Of a stretch of DNA of 64,000 nt, positions 13,565-24,199 are shown in pieces (position 1 is the stretch's first letter; every line of letters starts with the position of its first letter). The notes under the pieces are model-generated. The model made no database searches. It was given only the letters and a program-made list of their open reading frames with translations, and was not told the DNA's origin. The position numbers were made by a program, and so were the translations under genes. Location: contig JANHCV010000018.1 of the NCBI GenBank assembly GCA_025594325.1, forward strand, positions 1 through 64,000, given 5' to 3'. This DNA comes from Blastocladiella emersonii ATCC 22665 (Eukaryota > Fungi > Blastocladiomycota).

Positions 13565-14638
13565 TTACGGGTTCAAATCTGAGCCACCGACCCCGCCGCC
13601 GAGCTCTCGCACGCGCTCCGCGACCATGCCGAGCACCTCCTCGTGCATGGGCGTGGGCACGCCGACCTCGCGGCCCCACCGCACCACCGTCCCGTTGATG
13701 AACGCCAGCTCGTCGGGGCTGCGCCGGTGCGTCCACACGTCGGCGTGCGTCGAGCTCCAGTTGCTCGCCGTGGTCGCACACACCTCGTCGACGAGCGCCA
13801 TGATCGAGTCGCCCGAGGTGAGTGTAGGCGGGAGCAAGCCGCCCGCAAACTCGGACGGGAACCGTGCCGCACGGGCGACGAACACGGCGGCCGTTTCGGC
13901 GGCGAGCTCGGCGACCACCTTGCGCCACGCCGGGATCGTCACGACCGCACCGTTCCGCACGTCGGCCGCCGCCGTCGCCGCATTGATGCTCGCGTTCACG
14001 GCGAGCTTGGTGAGCAGCAGGCTTTGCATCGACGCCGCGCCTTCGGTCCCGCCCGGGTACGCCGTGGCATCGGGAAGGTCGCCGAGCACGTCGAGGAGCG
14101 CGGCGGCTTGTGGCGTCAGCGGTTCTGCGGAAGCGGGTCCAAAGTGCCATGCGCCACTGCCGGCGTGAACAATGTGTCGCCATGCACTCACGGCCGACGA
14201 CGACGTGTCGCGGAAGCAGCCGTGCGTCGTGGACCCGAGCAAGATGGGGAGCTCGCCCAAAACACTCGGAGACGTCTCGTCGATGAGTGGGATGTGCCGC
14301 CCGTAGCCGTTCTGGATCAGTGCGAGCGCCGTGTGGCCCGGCACGTAGGCGCTGCCGAGCGACTTGAGGGCTGATGTGAGCTGGTGCGCCTTGGTGGCGA
14401 CGATGACGGCGTCGAGCGGGTCTGCTGGGGGAAGCTCGGCCGCCGTCGTTACATTCACGGGCAGCGACGTTGTCGGTGCGTCGGGTGCAACTCCATGCTG
14501 GACCACAAGCTTCGGCGGCTGGATGGACGAGGAAGTAGTGCGCTCGAGAAAGGTAACGGCGGTCCCGCGGGCGAGAAGCTGCGAGCCCAGCAGACAGCCA
14601 ATGTTCCCGGCGCCGATGATGTGTAGCCTGCTCAGCAT
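13565..14638 (-). CDS. PAN5: 2-dehydropantoate 2-reductase (PanE/ApbA family), single exon
   Basis: IIGAGNIG Rossmann motif, VATKAHQ, LIQNG, KLAVNASINA (catalytic Lys), SSTHAD and ELAFING (catalytic Glu). Confidence 0.92.
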   Translation of the reverse strand: MLSRLHIIGAGNIGCLLGSQLLARGTAVTFLERTTSSSIQPPKLVVQHGVAPDAPTTSLPVNVTTAAELPPADPLDAVIVATKAHQLTSALKSLGSAYVPGHTALALIQNGYGRHIPLIDETSPSVLGELPILLGSTTHGCFRDTSSSAVSAWRHIVHAGSGAWHFGPASAEPLTPQAAALLDVLGDLPDATAYPGGTEGAASMQSLLLTKLAVNASINAATAAADVRNGAVVTIPAWRKVVAELAAETAAVFVARAARFPSEFAGGLLPPTLTSGDSIMALVDEVCATTASNWSSTHADVWTHRRSPDELAFINGTVVRWGREVGVPTPMHEEVLGMVAERVRELGGGVGGSDLNP

Positions 14639-14716
14639 AGTTTCGGCAAGAAGTTCTCAAGTTACATGGGATACGTGTTGTGAGGGCAGGGAGAGGGGAT
14701 CAACGGCGGCCTCGCT

Positions 14717-14771
14717 CGAGCCTTGACGGCGAAGCGGACGTCGGCCATCACGCGAGTGGCGGAGCACGTCT
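14717..14771. promoter_or_regulatory. Conserved core of the duplicated bidirectional promoter (left copy)
   Basis: CGAGCCTTGACGGCGAAGCGGA + 7 nt + CATCACGCGAGTGGCGGAGCACGTCT, identical to 25118-25172 apart from the spacer. Confidence 0.7.
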
Positions 14772-14832
14772 TCACTTCACCTCGACTGATACGCCGATCC
14801 GCTCTCTCTCCCAACGCACCCATAGCAATGCT

Positions 14833-15025
14833 ATGAATCGCAAGGGCAACCTGCCGCTACTTGATGCAAACTACCCGGTCTTTGTATTTGTTCACCGTGG
14901 ATCAAGTTTGGAGAGGAAGCCATGCCCGTTCAGTGGACGCTGATCCGCTCGGTTCGATGTCGGAAACCAGCAGCAGGCTGCTGCACCTTACCAATCGGAC
15001 GACCTTGTATCGCGTCATGGATGAT
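14833..15025 (+). pseudogene. Decayed 5' fragment of the PNK/HAD-like gene at 25210
   Basis: MNRKGNLPLLDANYPVFVF aligns to MDRAQKPPLLDAFDLVFVF, and LLHLTNRTTLYRVMD to FLRRTNLATVHRVVN. There is a 1-nt insertion, the donor is changed GTACGG to GTTTGG, and homology is lost after ~15025. Confidence 0.85.
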
Positions 15026-16848
15026 CGCCCACGTATAGTGTTTCGGTTGACGCTCGGGCAAGTTAGGGCAGGCAAGTCACGGCAGGCATTTACACCTGTG
15101 CAGGAACTCCTAGTCTTCTCGCCCGATGTCTAGCTGCCGATACCGTGTTTGAGGATCCTTTGTGTTTGAAGTAGCTTCTTGGTTCTCAGTTGCCGGCTCT
15201 TGATCACAACCCTCTCGGCGACGACTGCACTGGCCTACTCGAGAGTCCGTGAGGATATTGAGTGACCGCAGCTACTCGATCCGCAGCGAGCAAGTCATCG
15301 CATTCCGGGCGATGGCGCGGCGGACCATGCTTCGTCCCTCGTGCCCCAATTACAAGCAACGAGGGTCGTCCCCACCTCCTCCGCACCGCGAACCGGTCAT
15401 CATTGGTAGTTAGTCTCCTGCCACTTATGCTCAGCGCCTTCGTGGCCAGTGTGGCGACTCGCCGCAGCTGTCGACCGTCGGCTGCGGAGCGCGAAGCGAG
15501 GAAAGCTCATTCGCTATACGTTCGGCGAAACTGGCGGAACTGACGCTCAAACATCCTCGGGAGCTCGTCCCTGTCGCGGTTTCTTGCTTTGAGGGAGTCG
15601 TGATCGACGCGCGCTCATTCCTCATTTAAACCGGTCACCACTGCCGACCGATTCCGTCCAAGGGAAGCCGGTAGCTGCTCTGATGCCGGGCTGACAGGTT
15701 GGCCTTCGATACGCGTCGGTCTTGCGCACGTGATTGAGCAACGCGTCCCTCGCGTTGCTGTTTGTCCCTCGAAGCGCGATCTCCATCGCGGGAGACGCGT
15801 CCTCCAGGAGAAGCCCTGAGAGCAGGCACAGCGCCTCGGACGCACATCCCGGCGATGGGGACCACCGTGAGTGCAATGCGACGCGCGCGCCTCGACGACC
15901 TTCGCGCTCTCCCTCTTCCTCTCACGGCTGCCAGAATCGACTGTCTGATCATTACGCTACGCAGAGCATATGAAGTCCTATAACGATGTCATGAGTGGTG
16001 AATGGCTGCCCGCCGAGAAGTCCTATCAGGTCACTCGCTGGCCACGGAGCGCGAAAACTCAAGCTGCTGGGCTCCGTCGCGTCGTGGGCAACAACGGGCT
16101 CGAGCAACTCCCGTGCTGGCCAGGGCAGCGACAACACCCGCTTCGGAGAGAGTCAAGTTTCATGGACCTTGTTTGAACTGGCCAGGATGCCCTCGCAGGC
16201 TCCTGACTTGACCGAACCCTGTTGTCATGGCCTGAGACACGGGCAACCACCGCCCGCCGTGCCGCTTGGACCTTGCCGTATGCTTCTCTGAACACGACCT
16301 CCTCACGCCGACTGCAACCCCGGATGGCCTCGGGTGGCCCTTATCAGCGCGTCGCGAAAAAGGCGTGGGCCGAAACCCGCTCGGACGCAGCTGGAGGGGA
16401 GGAACAGCAGCGGAGCGAGGGACCGCCAGCAGCTCCGCGCGGGCCCGAGGTGGCGTCGGAAAATTCCGGGTAAGCGCGTGGCGCAACGCGTCTCCCGAAT
16501 TACACGCGACATCAGGTGATTTGCCGCAGCGTCTCGCAGCGCGTCTCGCACCGCGCGCGGGACGCGTTCCGGTTCGCGGCACCTCACCCGCTCGCTTGCC
16601 GCCGCCAAGGCCGCGCCTTGCTTGTTGCAATGCAGTTGCTGGCGCCGCACCACACGCGTCGCGGACACTAAGGTGCCCGCCGCCCGGCCTCCCCTCCCCT
16701 CCCCTCCCTCCCCTCCCTCCCGCTCTGCCCCGGCCGGTGCTCGCTTTCTTCGCCGCTGCACCGCTTCGCAAGGCACCTCAACGCGTTTGATTGCGAATAC
16801 GAATCGAACGATATCCCTGCCCGAAACCCCCCAAACCCGACCATCGCC

Positions 16849-19428
16849 ATGAACGCCTTCCAGCGCTTCATCGCGGTACTCTTCGCCGCCCTGTGCATGG
16901 CCGCCGGCGCCACGGCCCTGCTCGCCGCCGTCCGCGCGCTCTTCGCCGGCAACACGGCCGCCGCCGCCGTGACCATCGCGGCTACGGCCGCCACGTTCGT
17001 CGTCGACATGGCCACCAACGTCACGTCGGTTGCGACCTCGGCTGCCGTCTCGGCCTACTCGGCCATCCCCGTCCCCGTCGCCCTCGTGCCCGCTGCTGCT
17101 GCTGCTTCCGCCGAGACTACGGCGGTGGCCGTCGCGACCAAGCTCGCCGTCCCGACCCTCGCCCAGCTCGCGCCGTTTGTCGCGATGCGTACGTTTCTCT
17201 ATCCCCTCTACCCGAAGCCTCGACACCCGAGTCCTGGCCCGCCGCGTCGCCTGCCGCCAAGCTCGGGCGCGGCGGTGGTGCTGCCGCGACGCGTCGCGAC
17301 GCGTCGGGCGGGAGACACGGCGTCTCGACGCGACCGCTCGCCCCCATCGTCCCCACATCCACGAACTCGACACTGATACCATCCGTTCGCCTCGTAGACT
17401 TTGTCGGGATCGAGTACATTGGCGCGTACGGCGCGCTTCTCCTCGCCAAGGCGACGAGCATCCTCGGCGGCCGCCCGCAGTCCTCGCTGCTCGCGCTCCC
17501 GGCTCCGCCGGCGGCCATCGAGGCCAAGTCGGCGACCGCCGACATCTCGATTGGCAAGTGGTGGCAGGACACCACCGTCCACTACTCGGCGTTCAACTCG
17601 ACGGACGCGACCCGCCCGATCTCGAGCCGCCGTGACTTGAGCTCCGCCTTCGGCTCGTTCGTCACCCGCAAGACCCGCTACCCGGCGCTCAAGGCCCACG
17701 TCCATCTCGGCTTCGGCGAGATCGCCAAGCCCTTCCTCGTGTCCAACGTCACGATTGAGGCCAAGCCCGCCGTCTCCGGTGCTCGCCAGATTCAGGCGCT
17801 GCCCACGGCCGTTGCTGCCCATCACGTGGAGCAGCAACTCGCGTTCCCGACCATGCCCATCTGCAAGTCGGCGGCCACGACCACAACCTCGTTCACGTCG
17901 GCCATGATCTCTCGCGCCACCCACGCGGCCAGCTCGCTCATCGTGTCGGGCCCACTCATCGACATCCCCGTCGCCCGCCGCCACTCGCACACCCAGCCCA
18001 AGATCTACGCCGACGCGTTCACGCTGATCGGCTCCCACGCCCGCGAGCTCGAGCTCGAGCTCGCGACCCACGCGCTCGCCGTCCCCGAGCCGCTACGGGT
18101 CAAGGTCCCCTCCAACATCCCCCAGAAGGTGACGATCTCGGCCGCGCCCGTGTGCAAGTTCACGTCGGCGACCCCGCTCGGGACCATCCCGACCTGCCGT
18201 GCCGCCCACTCGGCTCGCTCGCTCATCGTCGCCGGCCCGCTCATCGACGCCCAGGTCGACGTCGTCCAGTACTACCCGTCCGCAGCGGCTTTCTACCACG
18301 ACGCTGCCGCGAGCTTTCTCGCGAACGAGTTCTTCCAGCGCAACGTCGAGTCGCCCGTATCCAATGTGGCTGAGATGCAGCTCGCGTTCCCCGTCGTCGC
18401 CAAGCAGCAGCCGGCCACGATCCTGACCGCGCCCATCTGCAAGTCCGAGGTCTACACGCCGCTCGTCATCTCCACCTCGACGTGCCGGGCGAGCCACGCG
18501 GCCCGCTCGATCATGGTCGTGTCCGCCTCGGCCATGGTTACCGACGTCGAAAGGTACCCGGGCGACGCGCAGCTCGGTCTCATTATCGCCCTGTGCCTCG
18601 TCTTCCTGCTCGATCGCCTCCTCCGCTTCCTGGCGCCCCGCAACCAGCCGTCGACGGCCGTCTACCGCAAGATTGACCGCATGACCAAGGGTACGTGGTC
18701 CCAACCGATCTCTCCTCTGAGCCGGTTCACTGACCTGCTGCGCCCGTGTAGACGCGATCCGCGCGCTCAACCTGACGCCGGACCCGTGGGGCCAGATCAA
18801 GCACTTTGCCGACGTATTCGTGCCGAGCCCTGCGCGCTCGGCCTTTGACTTTGCCGGCCCGCGCCGCGGCCTCGACATCCTGGACCGCGCCAGTCTCGCC
18901 AGCCCCGCAGCCGTGTACTACGCCGACTTTTTCGACGGCGCCTCGGTCCTGGCCATCAGCGGATACGTCTACCGCGCGGGCGCAAGCAGCTCCCTGGCCA
19001 TCTCGTCGCCGTCCCGGCACGCTGCCGACATCCACATCATCGACTCGGGCTCGAGCTCGCCGGCCGCCGTCTGCCCTCACACCCCGATCCGCTCATCCTC
19101 ATCGTCGGCTTCAGTTTTCGGCTCGGCGTGCAGCACGCCGTTCCCGACGCCGCGTAACCTCAACTCGGTGACGCCGACGCGCTCTTCCAACGGCGCCAAG
19201 ACCCCGTCGGCCGCCGCGTGCGAGCGCTTCAACGCTTTCATGATGGACCAGGTCACCCCGTGCAAGACGCCGATCCGCCGCGCGTTCCGCGTCCTCGCCG
19301 ACGGCCGCCGCGTGTACCAGCGCGTCGCCTTCACGGCCATCCTGCCGCCCCGCAACCAGTCGCCCATCGCCGACTCGGAGCGCGGTCGCAAGCCGGCCCG
19401 CGGCCGCCGTCCGGCTGCCCGCTGCTGA
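16849..19428 (+). CDS. Orphan membrane protein (~770 aa, 3 exons: 16849-17187, 17398-18691, 18752-19428 approx.) with three internal Cys/His repeats
   Basis: Strong GC3 bias; two GTACGT...TAG introns join the frames without stops; hydrophobic N-terminus and a TM segment LGLIIALCLVFLL; no recognisable family. Confidence 0.72.
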
Positions 19429-19699
19429 GCGACAACTTCCTCGTTTGACATTTATTTCACGTACTCGACTCGCGCCGGTACGCTGCCAGTGGCTGACTAC
19501 TCTCAGAGGAGACGCTTCAACTCACGAACACTTTGTCCTCGACTCCAGATTTCGGCCCGCTGTCTCCTTTGTCGTTCACGTTCATCATCATCACCACCAC
19601 ATCCGCGAAACTACAAAACCAACAACTTCAACCGCTCGCAGCTCCGCGCTGCCGCACCTGGCCTCGTGCTGCGGGCCATCACGGCCACGCCGCGTGCTG

Positions 19700-20533
19700 G
19701 GCGTCGCCTACGATTTCAGTCCATGGTCACGCTGCCCTCGGGCTGATCGAGCTCGCCGTCTCGATCGTGTCGTACCTGCGCTGCGTCGTACGAGTACGGC
19801 CTAGCCCGACGTTGACGCGCGCGCATACGCCGCGTCGCATCTCGTCTACGTGCGCCGCTGTTCCGGCGTGCAGTCTCCGTCGCCGCTCGCCATGATCCAG
19901 CCCGAGCCGCCGACTCGCAGGCCATGTACGGCCTCGCTCAAGCGCCCGTGCGCGCATGTCCTCGGCCGGCCAGTACGACTCGACGGCCAACCTCAACAAC
20001 GTCCACGACCCACTGGTACGGACGGCATCGGTGCATTGCCCACTCGCTCCCATGGCCTCGACCCCCGTACATCCGTACTTTTGGTGGGTCGGGCGAGAGC
20101 GGCGGATCCGTGGACGCCGCCAACGCTCTCGGAGTGGCCCCGAACGTCGCACGTTCACATGCACCGATGCCGATCCAGTGGGAAGATTGTCGTCGGTCTC
20201 GCGCGCCATCCAGCCCCGAGCGCGCCGACTACCTCGACGATCCTCGCCGCCACGCTCAACTTTGGCGGCGGCACCTACACGCTCACGCTCATGGCCAGGT
20301 CGACCGACAGCCCGACACCGCGAGAGATCGTCTCGCAGCTCATGTCCCGGCCTCGACTTCCTCGCGCCACGCGTACTCGGGTTCGCGCACCACTAGGGCT
20401 ACCAGTACCGGCAGTACCACCGGTACCAGCTCCTTCAAGAGTCGCGACCCGCCACACCACACCGAGATCCAGGCCTCTCGGTACGGATCTCGCGCTGCTG
20501 CTGCTGCTTGCCTCGATGGACACGGCCAGCTGA
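19700..20533 (+). pseudogene. Probable decayed orphan gene
   Basis: Coding-like GC3-rich patches fall in different frames (GLIELAVSIVSYL; MSSAGQYDSTANLNNVHDP; TILAATLNFGGGTYTLTLMAR). An intron-like segment from ~19786 ends in TAC rather than TAG. Confidence 0.4.
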
Positions 20534-20971
20534 CTCGTCGCGTCGCGTCACCCTTGTAGAGTGCATTCCGCACCTCGACGCCCGTGACTTGTTCTTTTGA
20601 TTTTCGACCCATCCGCGGCCGCACCCGGTTCCACCACATCACCCACCCACGGTACACGGCAACCGGCCGGCCTGCCACGTCGCGGCGCGCTCCCGCGTCC
20701 CCATGCAGATCATCATGGCCACGCACGCGTCTTCCCGCCACGACTGACTATTGACTCGGTCGACTTGATCAACCTGACCGAGCGAGCCCCCGCGCCGACT
20801 CGCCTCAGGCGTCGACTATCGCCCCGCGAGTTCTCAACCGCGCGCTTTTCTCAAGGCGCCGGCATCCGCTTCTCCACGTTCACGCTCATGTTCACGTCCA
20901 TCTCGCTCGTCGAGACCGCGCCCAGCACCCGCGCACTACCACGACGGTCATGGCCACGTTCACGTCTTTCT

Positions 20972-22036
20972 ATGGACGCGTCCCGCAGCCGCGACGACCT
21001 GTCGCCGCTTGGCCACGACCGGCCACCCACCCCCAGTCCGCCGCACCTGCTCGCCACCTCGTTCCTCGGCCAGTACCAGTACTTGTACTCGTACCAAGAG
21101 CAGATCGGCGGCTCTCGTCCATTTACCCAGATCATCGCGCCGGACGACGCGCTCACGCCCCCGCACGCTTCCTCTCGTGTCGACCACCCAGCGTCGCACG
21201 CTCGAGATTGCGTCCCGCTGCCCGCTGGCGCAGCCGCACTCGCGCCCCTTCCCGAGTCGGCCGGCCCGCCGGGCGCCGCCACCGGTCCTTTTTCTCGCAC
21301 GTCCTTGTCAGCCAGGCTCGCTGGCAAGACGGGCGACATCACCGGTCGCGCGATACGACCACTACCACCACCCGGTCACGATCCCGATCCCGCGCGCGAG
21401 TCGACGACGACAGCAGCAGCACTGCCACGACCCGCGGTTCGCACGCTCATCGCCTCCTCGCACCCCGATCATATCGCGGGATCCATACACGCCGCGCGGC
21501 GGCCCCACGTTTGCTGCCGCTGCCGTCGCGACCGCCATGGCCGCCATCGAGTACCACCGAGCTCGCGCCAGATCACGCAGCTCGACTCGATCGCCCCACC
21601 ACCACCAACTACCAGCACCTCCGGCACGCGCGGGTTCGACGGCTTCCGCGCGAGACCACGCCCTGACGGGCAAGGGACGGTGAGGAAGAAGGGTCCGGGT
21701 TGCCGTGTCGCCTGCACCCCGCAGGCCGACGGGCGCCCGCTCTCACGCTTCCTCGCTGTCCCGGTCTCGCAACGTCGCTGTCACCGACCACAGCGACCCG
21801 CGCACCGGCGTGCCCGACCGGCTCTACCGCGTGGACCGAGGCGCGGCGACGCACCCGACCCTTTTCTGCGTCGCCGCCACTCCCTCCTCGGTCCCGACCC
21901 TCAAGCAGCTCGCGCGAGAGGAAGACCTCGAGAGCTCCCAGTCCGAGTTCTCGAGGACTTTTCCTCGCCCCAGCTGTACGCGGTCCAGCCTGTCACGGTT
22001 AGCTACGACGTCCCGACATCCGCCGTCGCGCGCTGA
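20972..22036 (+). pseudogene. Orphan ORF carrying apparent compensating frameshifts
   Basis: GC3-rich start (MDASRSRDD...SFLGQYQYLYSYQEQ) and end (LEDFSSPQLYAVQPV). Internally the GC3-rich frame switches (AAAAVATAMAAIEYH ~21510-21560; VTDHSDPRTGVPDRLYRV...LKQLAREEDLES ~21770-21950). Confidence 0.5.
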
Positions 22037-22721
22037 GAGGCCGCAGCGAGCACGACCCCAACACGCTCGTGCCGCGGCCTGCTCCTCAAGTCAAGTCAAG
22101 CGCGCCGCGACGGCGGTTCCCTCGGCACGTCGCCTCGGGTAGCGGGTACCGCACTTGCTCGCGCGCGTGTGTGTGGGTGGTTCACTCGAGCCGCTCGCCG
22201 CCGCCGCGAGCATCTCGCGCGTGCTACTGCCCGAGGACCCCCGCCATCCAGGTCCAGTCGCAGGCTGCCACCGCCGGCAGCCTTGACGGCTCACCTAGGA
22301 GGGCACCACCACCACCACCACCATCGGCTCATCGACACTTTGACCACGGTGAGCGGCCAGCAGAGCGTGTTGCGGGCCAATAGCGCCCGGCATGCACAGC
22401 GGCCGCGAGTATTCCGGTTCGACCACGGCGGCCCTTGCAGCGCGTTCCCTCGCGGGGGCGCCGCGGCCGCCGTCCACACGGGTCCCCTTCCGCCGACAGC
22501 CGCGCCAAGGAGCGTGGCCCCACCGCCGCGCCGCTCGCCAAGAGTGCGAGTGTGTGTCGCGGCGGTGCGACCGAGCGGATCGCGACCGGGGTCGGACCGG
22601 TGCCTCAGCGCCGCACACCACGATGGCCTCTTAGAGGTCGCATTCGGGCGTGCGGGCGAGGCAAGAAGAAAGTCCCGCGTTTGATGCGCGAGCGTGCGTG
22701 GCCCGGTGTCGCGCCTGGCCC

Positions 22722-23263
22722 GTGAGTGGTCGGTGCTGCGAACCGGTTGACCCGCGCTCTGCTGCACGCGCGGGGCACAAGTCCAGTGGGCTCGGCCGCG
22801 CGCGATGCGTACGTCCTCGTCACTTTGGCGCGTATCGACGATTGATCTCCGAGACTAACTCGCGCGCGTGTGTCTGTTCCGTGTAGGCCCGGCCCAGCCC
22901 CTGGCCCCTCGCGCGCAAGGCGCGAGGTGGTTAGCCGCAGAGACCGCGCGCCGTGTTGAGGTGCGCGTAGCGGCAGAGCCCGCCCCGCGCAGTAGGCGTA
23001 CGTCTCCTCCTGCTCCTCGGCCTCCCTCGCGTGATCCCGTTGACTGACTCGTTCGCGCACGCATCGTGTAGGCCGGAGGCCGGTTCTCGGCGACTCTCGC
23101 TCAGGCGAGGTTGGCCAGCCGCGCGATGTCCGTGCGTGTCCCAAGGGGTACGCGTGGTCGCGACGGCGTCGACTCCGACCCGCACACGCTGTGTATGTTC
23201 TCCCTCTGTGCCTTGGCTCACGCATCGTTGGTCCGTTGACTGACCTGATCCGCGCGTGTGTAG
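22722..23263 (+). other. Chain of canonical spliceosomal introns (22809-22886, 22998-23071, 23193-23263; possibly 22722-22781) with no coherent ORF
   Basis: GTACGT/GTATGT donors, GACTAAC or TTGACTGAC branch sites, GTGTAG acceptors. Confidence 0.7.
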
Positions 23264-23642
23264 GCCGGTCGGTCCATCAACACTCAAGCATTGACAACCC
23301 CAAGCACCGACAACTTCAACTTCGACACCTTCGAGCTCAACACCCTCGACACTCAACCTGCCCGGTCAGCGCGCCTGCCTCGTCAACATCACCCTCACTC
23401 CCCACCCACCCCACCCCACCCCATCCGCACCCGCACCACCACTGGCACCGGCACCGGCACCACTTCGAGCTCGACTGCAACTGCATCCTCGCTTCCGCAA
23501 ATTCAACCACTGCACCACCACCACAACAGCTCGAGTGCAAGAACGACATCATCATCATCATCAACACCGTGCCGGTGCTGGGCGCGCTGACCGAGGACCG
23601 TGCCGCTAGGTTCCGCGACCTTACTCATCCCCTCCCTCCTTC

Positions 23643-23675
23643 CCTCTCCAAAGTTACCCTCTCCAAAGTTACCCT
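23643..23675. repeat. 15-bp tandem repeat CCTCTCCAAAGTTAC x2.2
   Basis: Read directly from the sequence. Confidence 0.9.
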
Positions 23676-24199
23676 TCCCATTCATTCGCACTCAACTCCT
23701 TTTCACTCGTTCCCCCTCGACCCTCCTTTGCTCGTGCTCGTTCTCCTTCGATTCCCATCTCTCCCCTCTCCGCTCGCCCGTGTATTGGTTTTCGTGTTTT
23801 TGACTTGTTCCATGGAATGGTACTGGAGCCATTGTGGCGCTCCCTTTTGGACTTCACGACTTCATTGCCCGCAGCAGCGAGACTTGTCGAGTACTGAGGG
23901 CAGGAGTAGCGAAGACGCGTCGCGCCACACGCGCGTCCCTGAAACACTCACCGGTCTCTTCTCCTCACCGACACCAAGCGTCCCCGTCAAGATCAAGTGG
24001 TAACCTAGTCTTCACCGGAAGCGGAGTACCTTCTGGGTCTTGGGCGATCACCAGACTGTCGCTTCTCTGCGCTACTCTCAGCCGGCCCGTGGAGCTCATT
24101 CCTGCCTCTCGTAACACGCTTGCACTGAAAGGGAAACGAACAGAGTCGTCGTGAGAAGCGTGTATATACCATCCGGCGCAGCCCAGCATGATCAGAACC

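Larger units (their letters stand above)
14460..15025 (+). repeat. Left copy of a ~550-bp diverged direct repeat (PanE 5' end + bidirectional promoter + 5' end of partner gene)
   Basis: Aligns by eye with 24866-25400, including identical 22-bp (14717-14738) and 26-bp (14746-14771) blocks and TCAAGTTACATG. Confidence 0.9.

Noticed and set aside
13565-14638. Horizontal transfer of intronless PanE (and of HPPD)
   Set aside because: Both families are native to fungi, codon usage matches the host, and intron absence alone is not evidence; a phylogeny would be needed.
22375-22435. GGTTCGA T-loop-like motif suggesting a tRNA
   Set aside because: The T-stem pairs poorly and no acceptor, D or anticodon arms can be folded.
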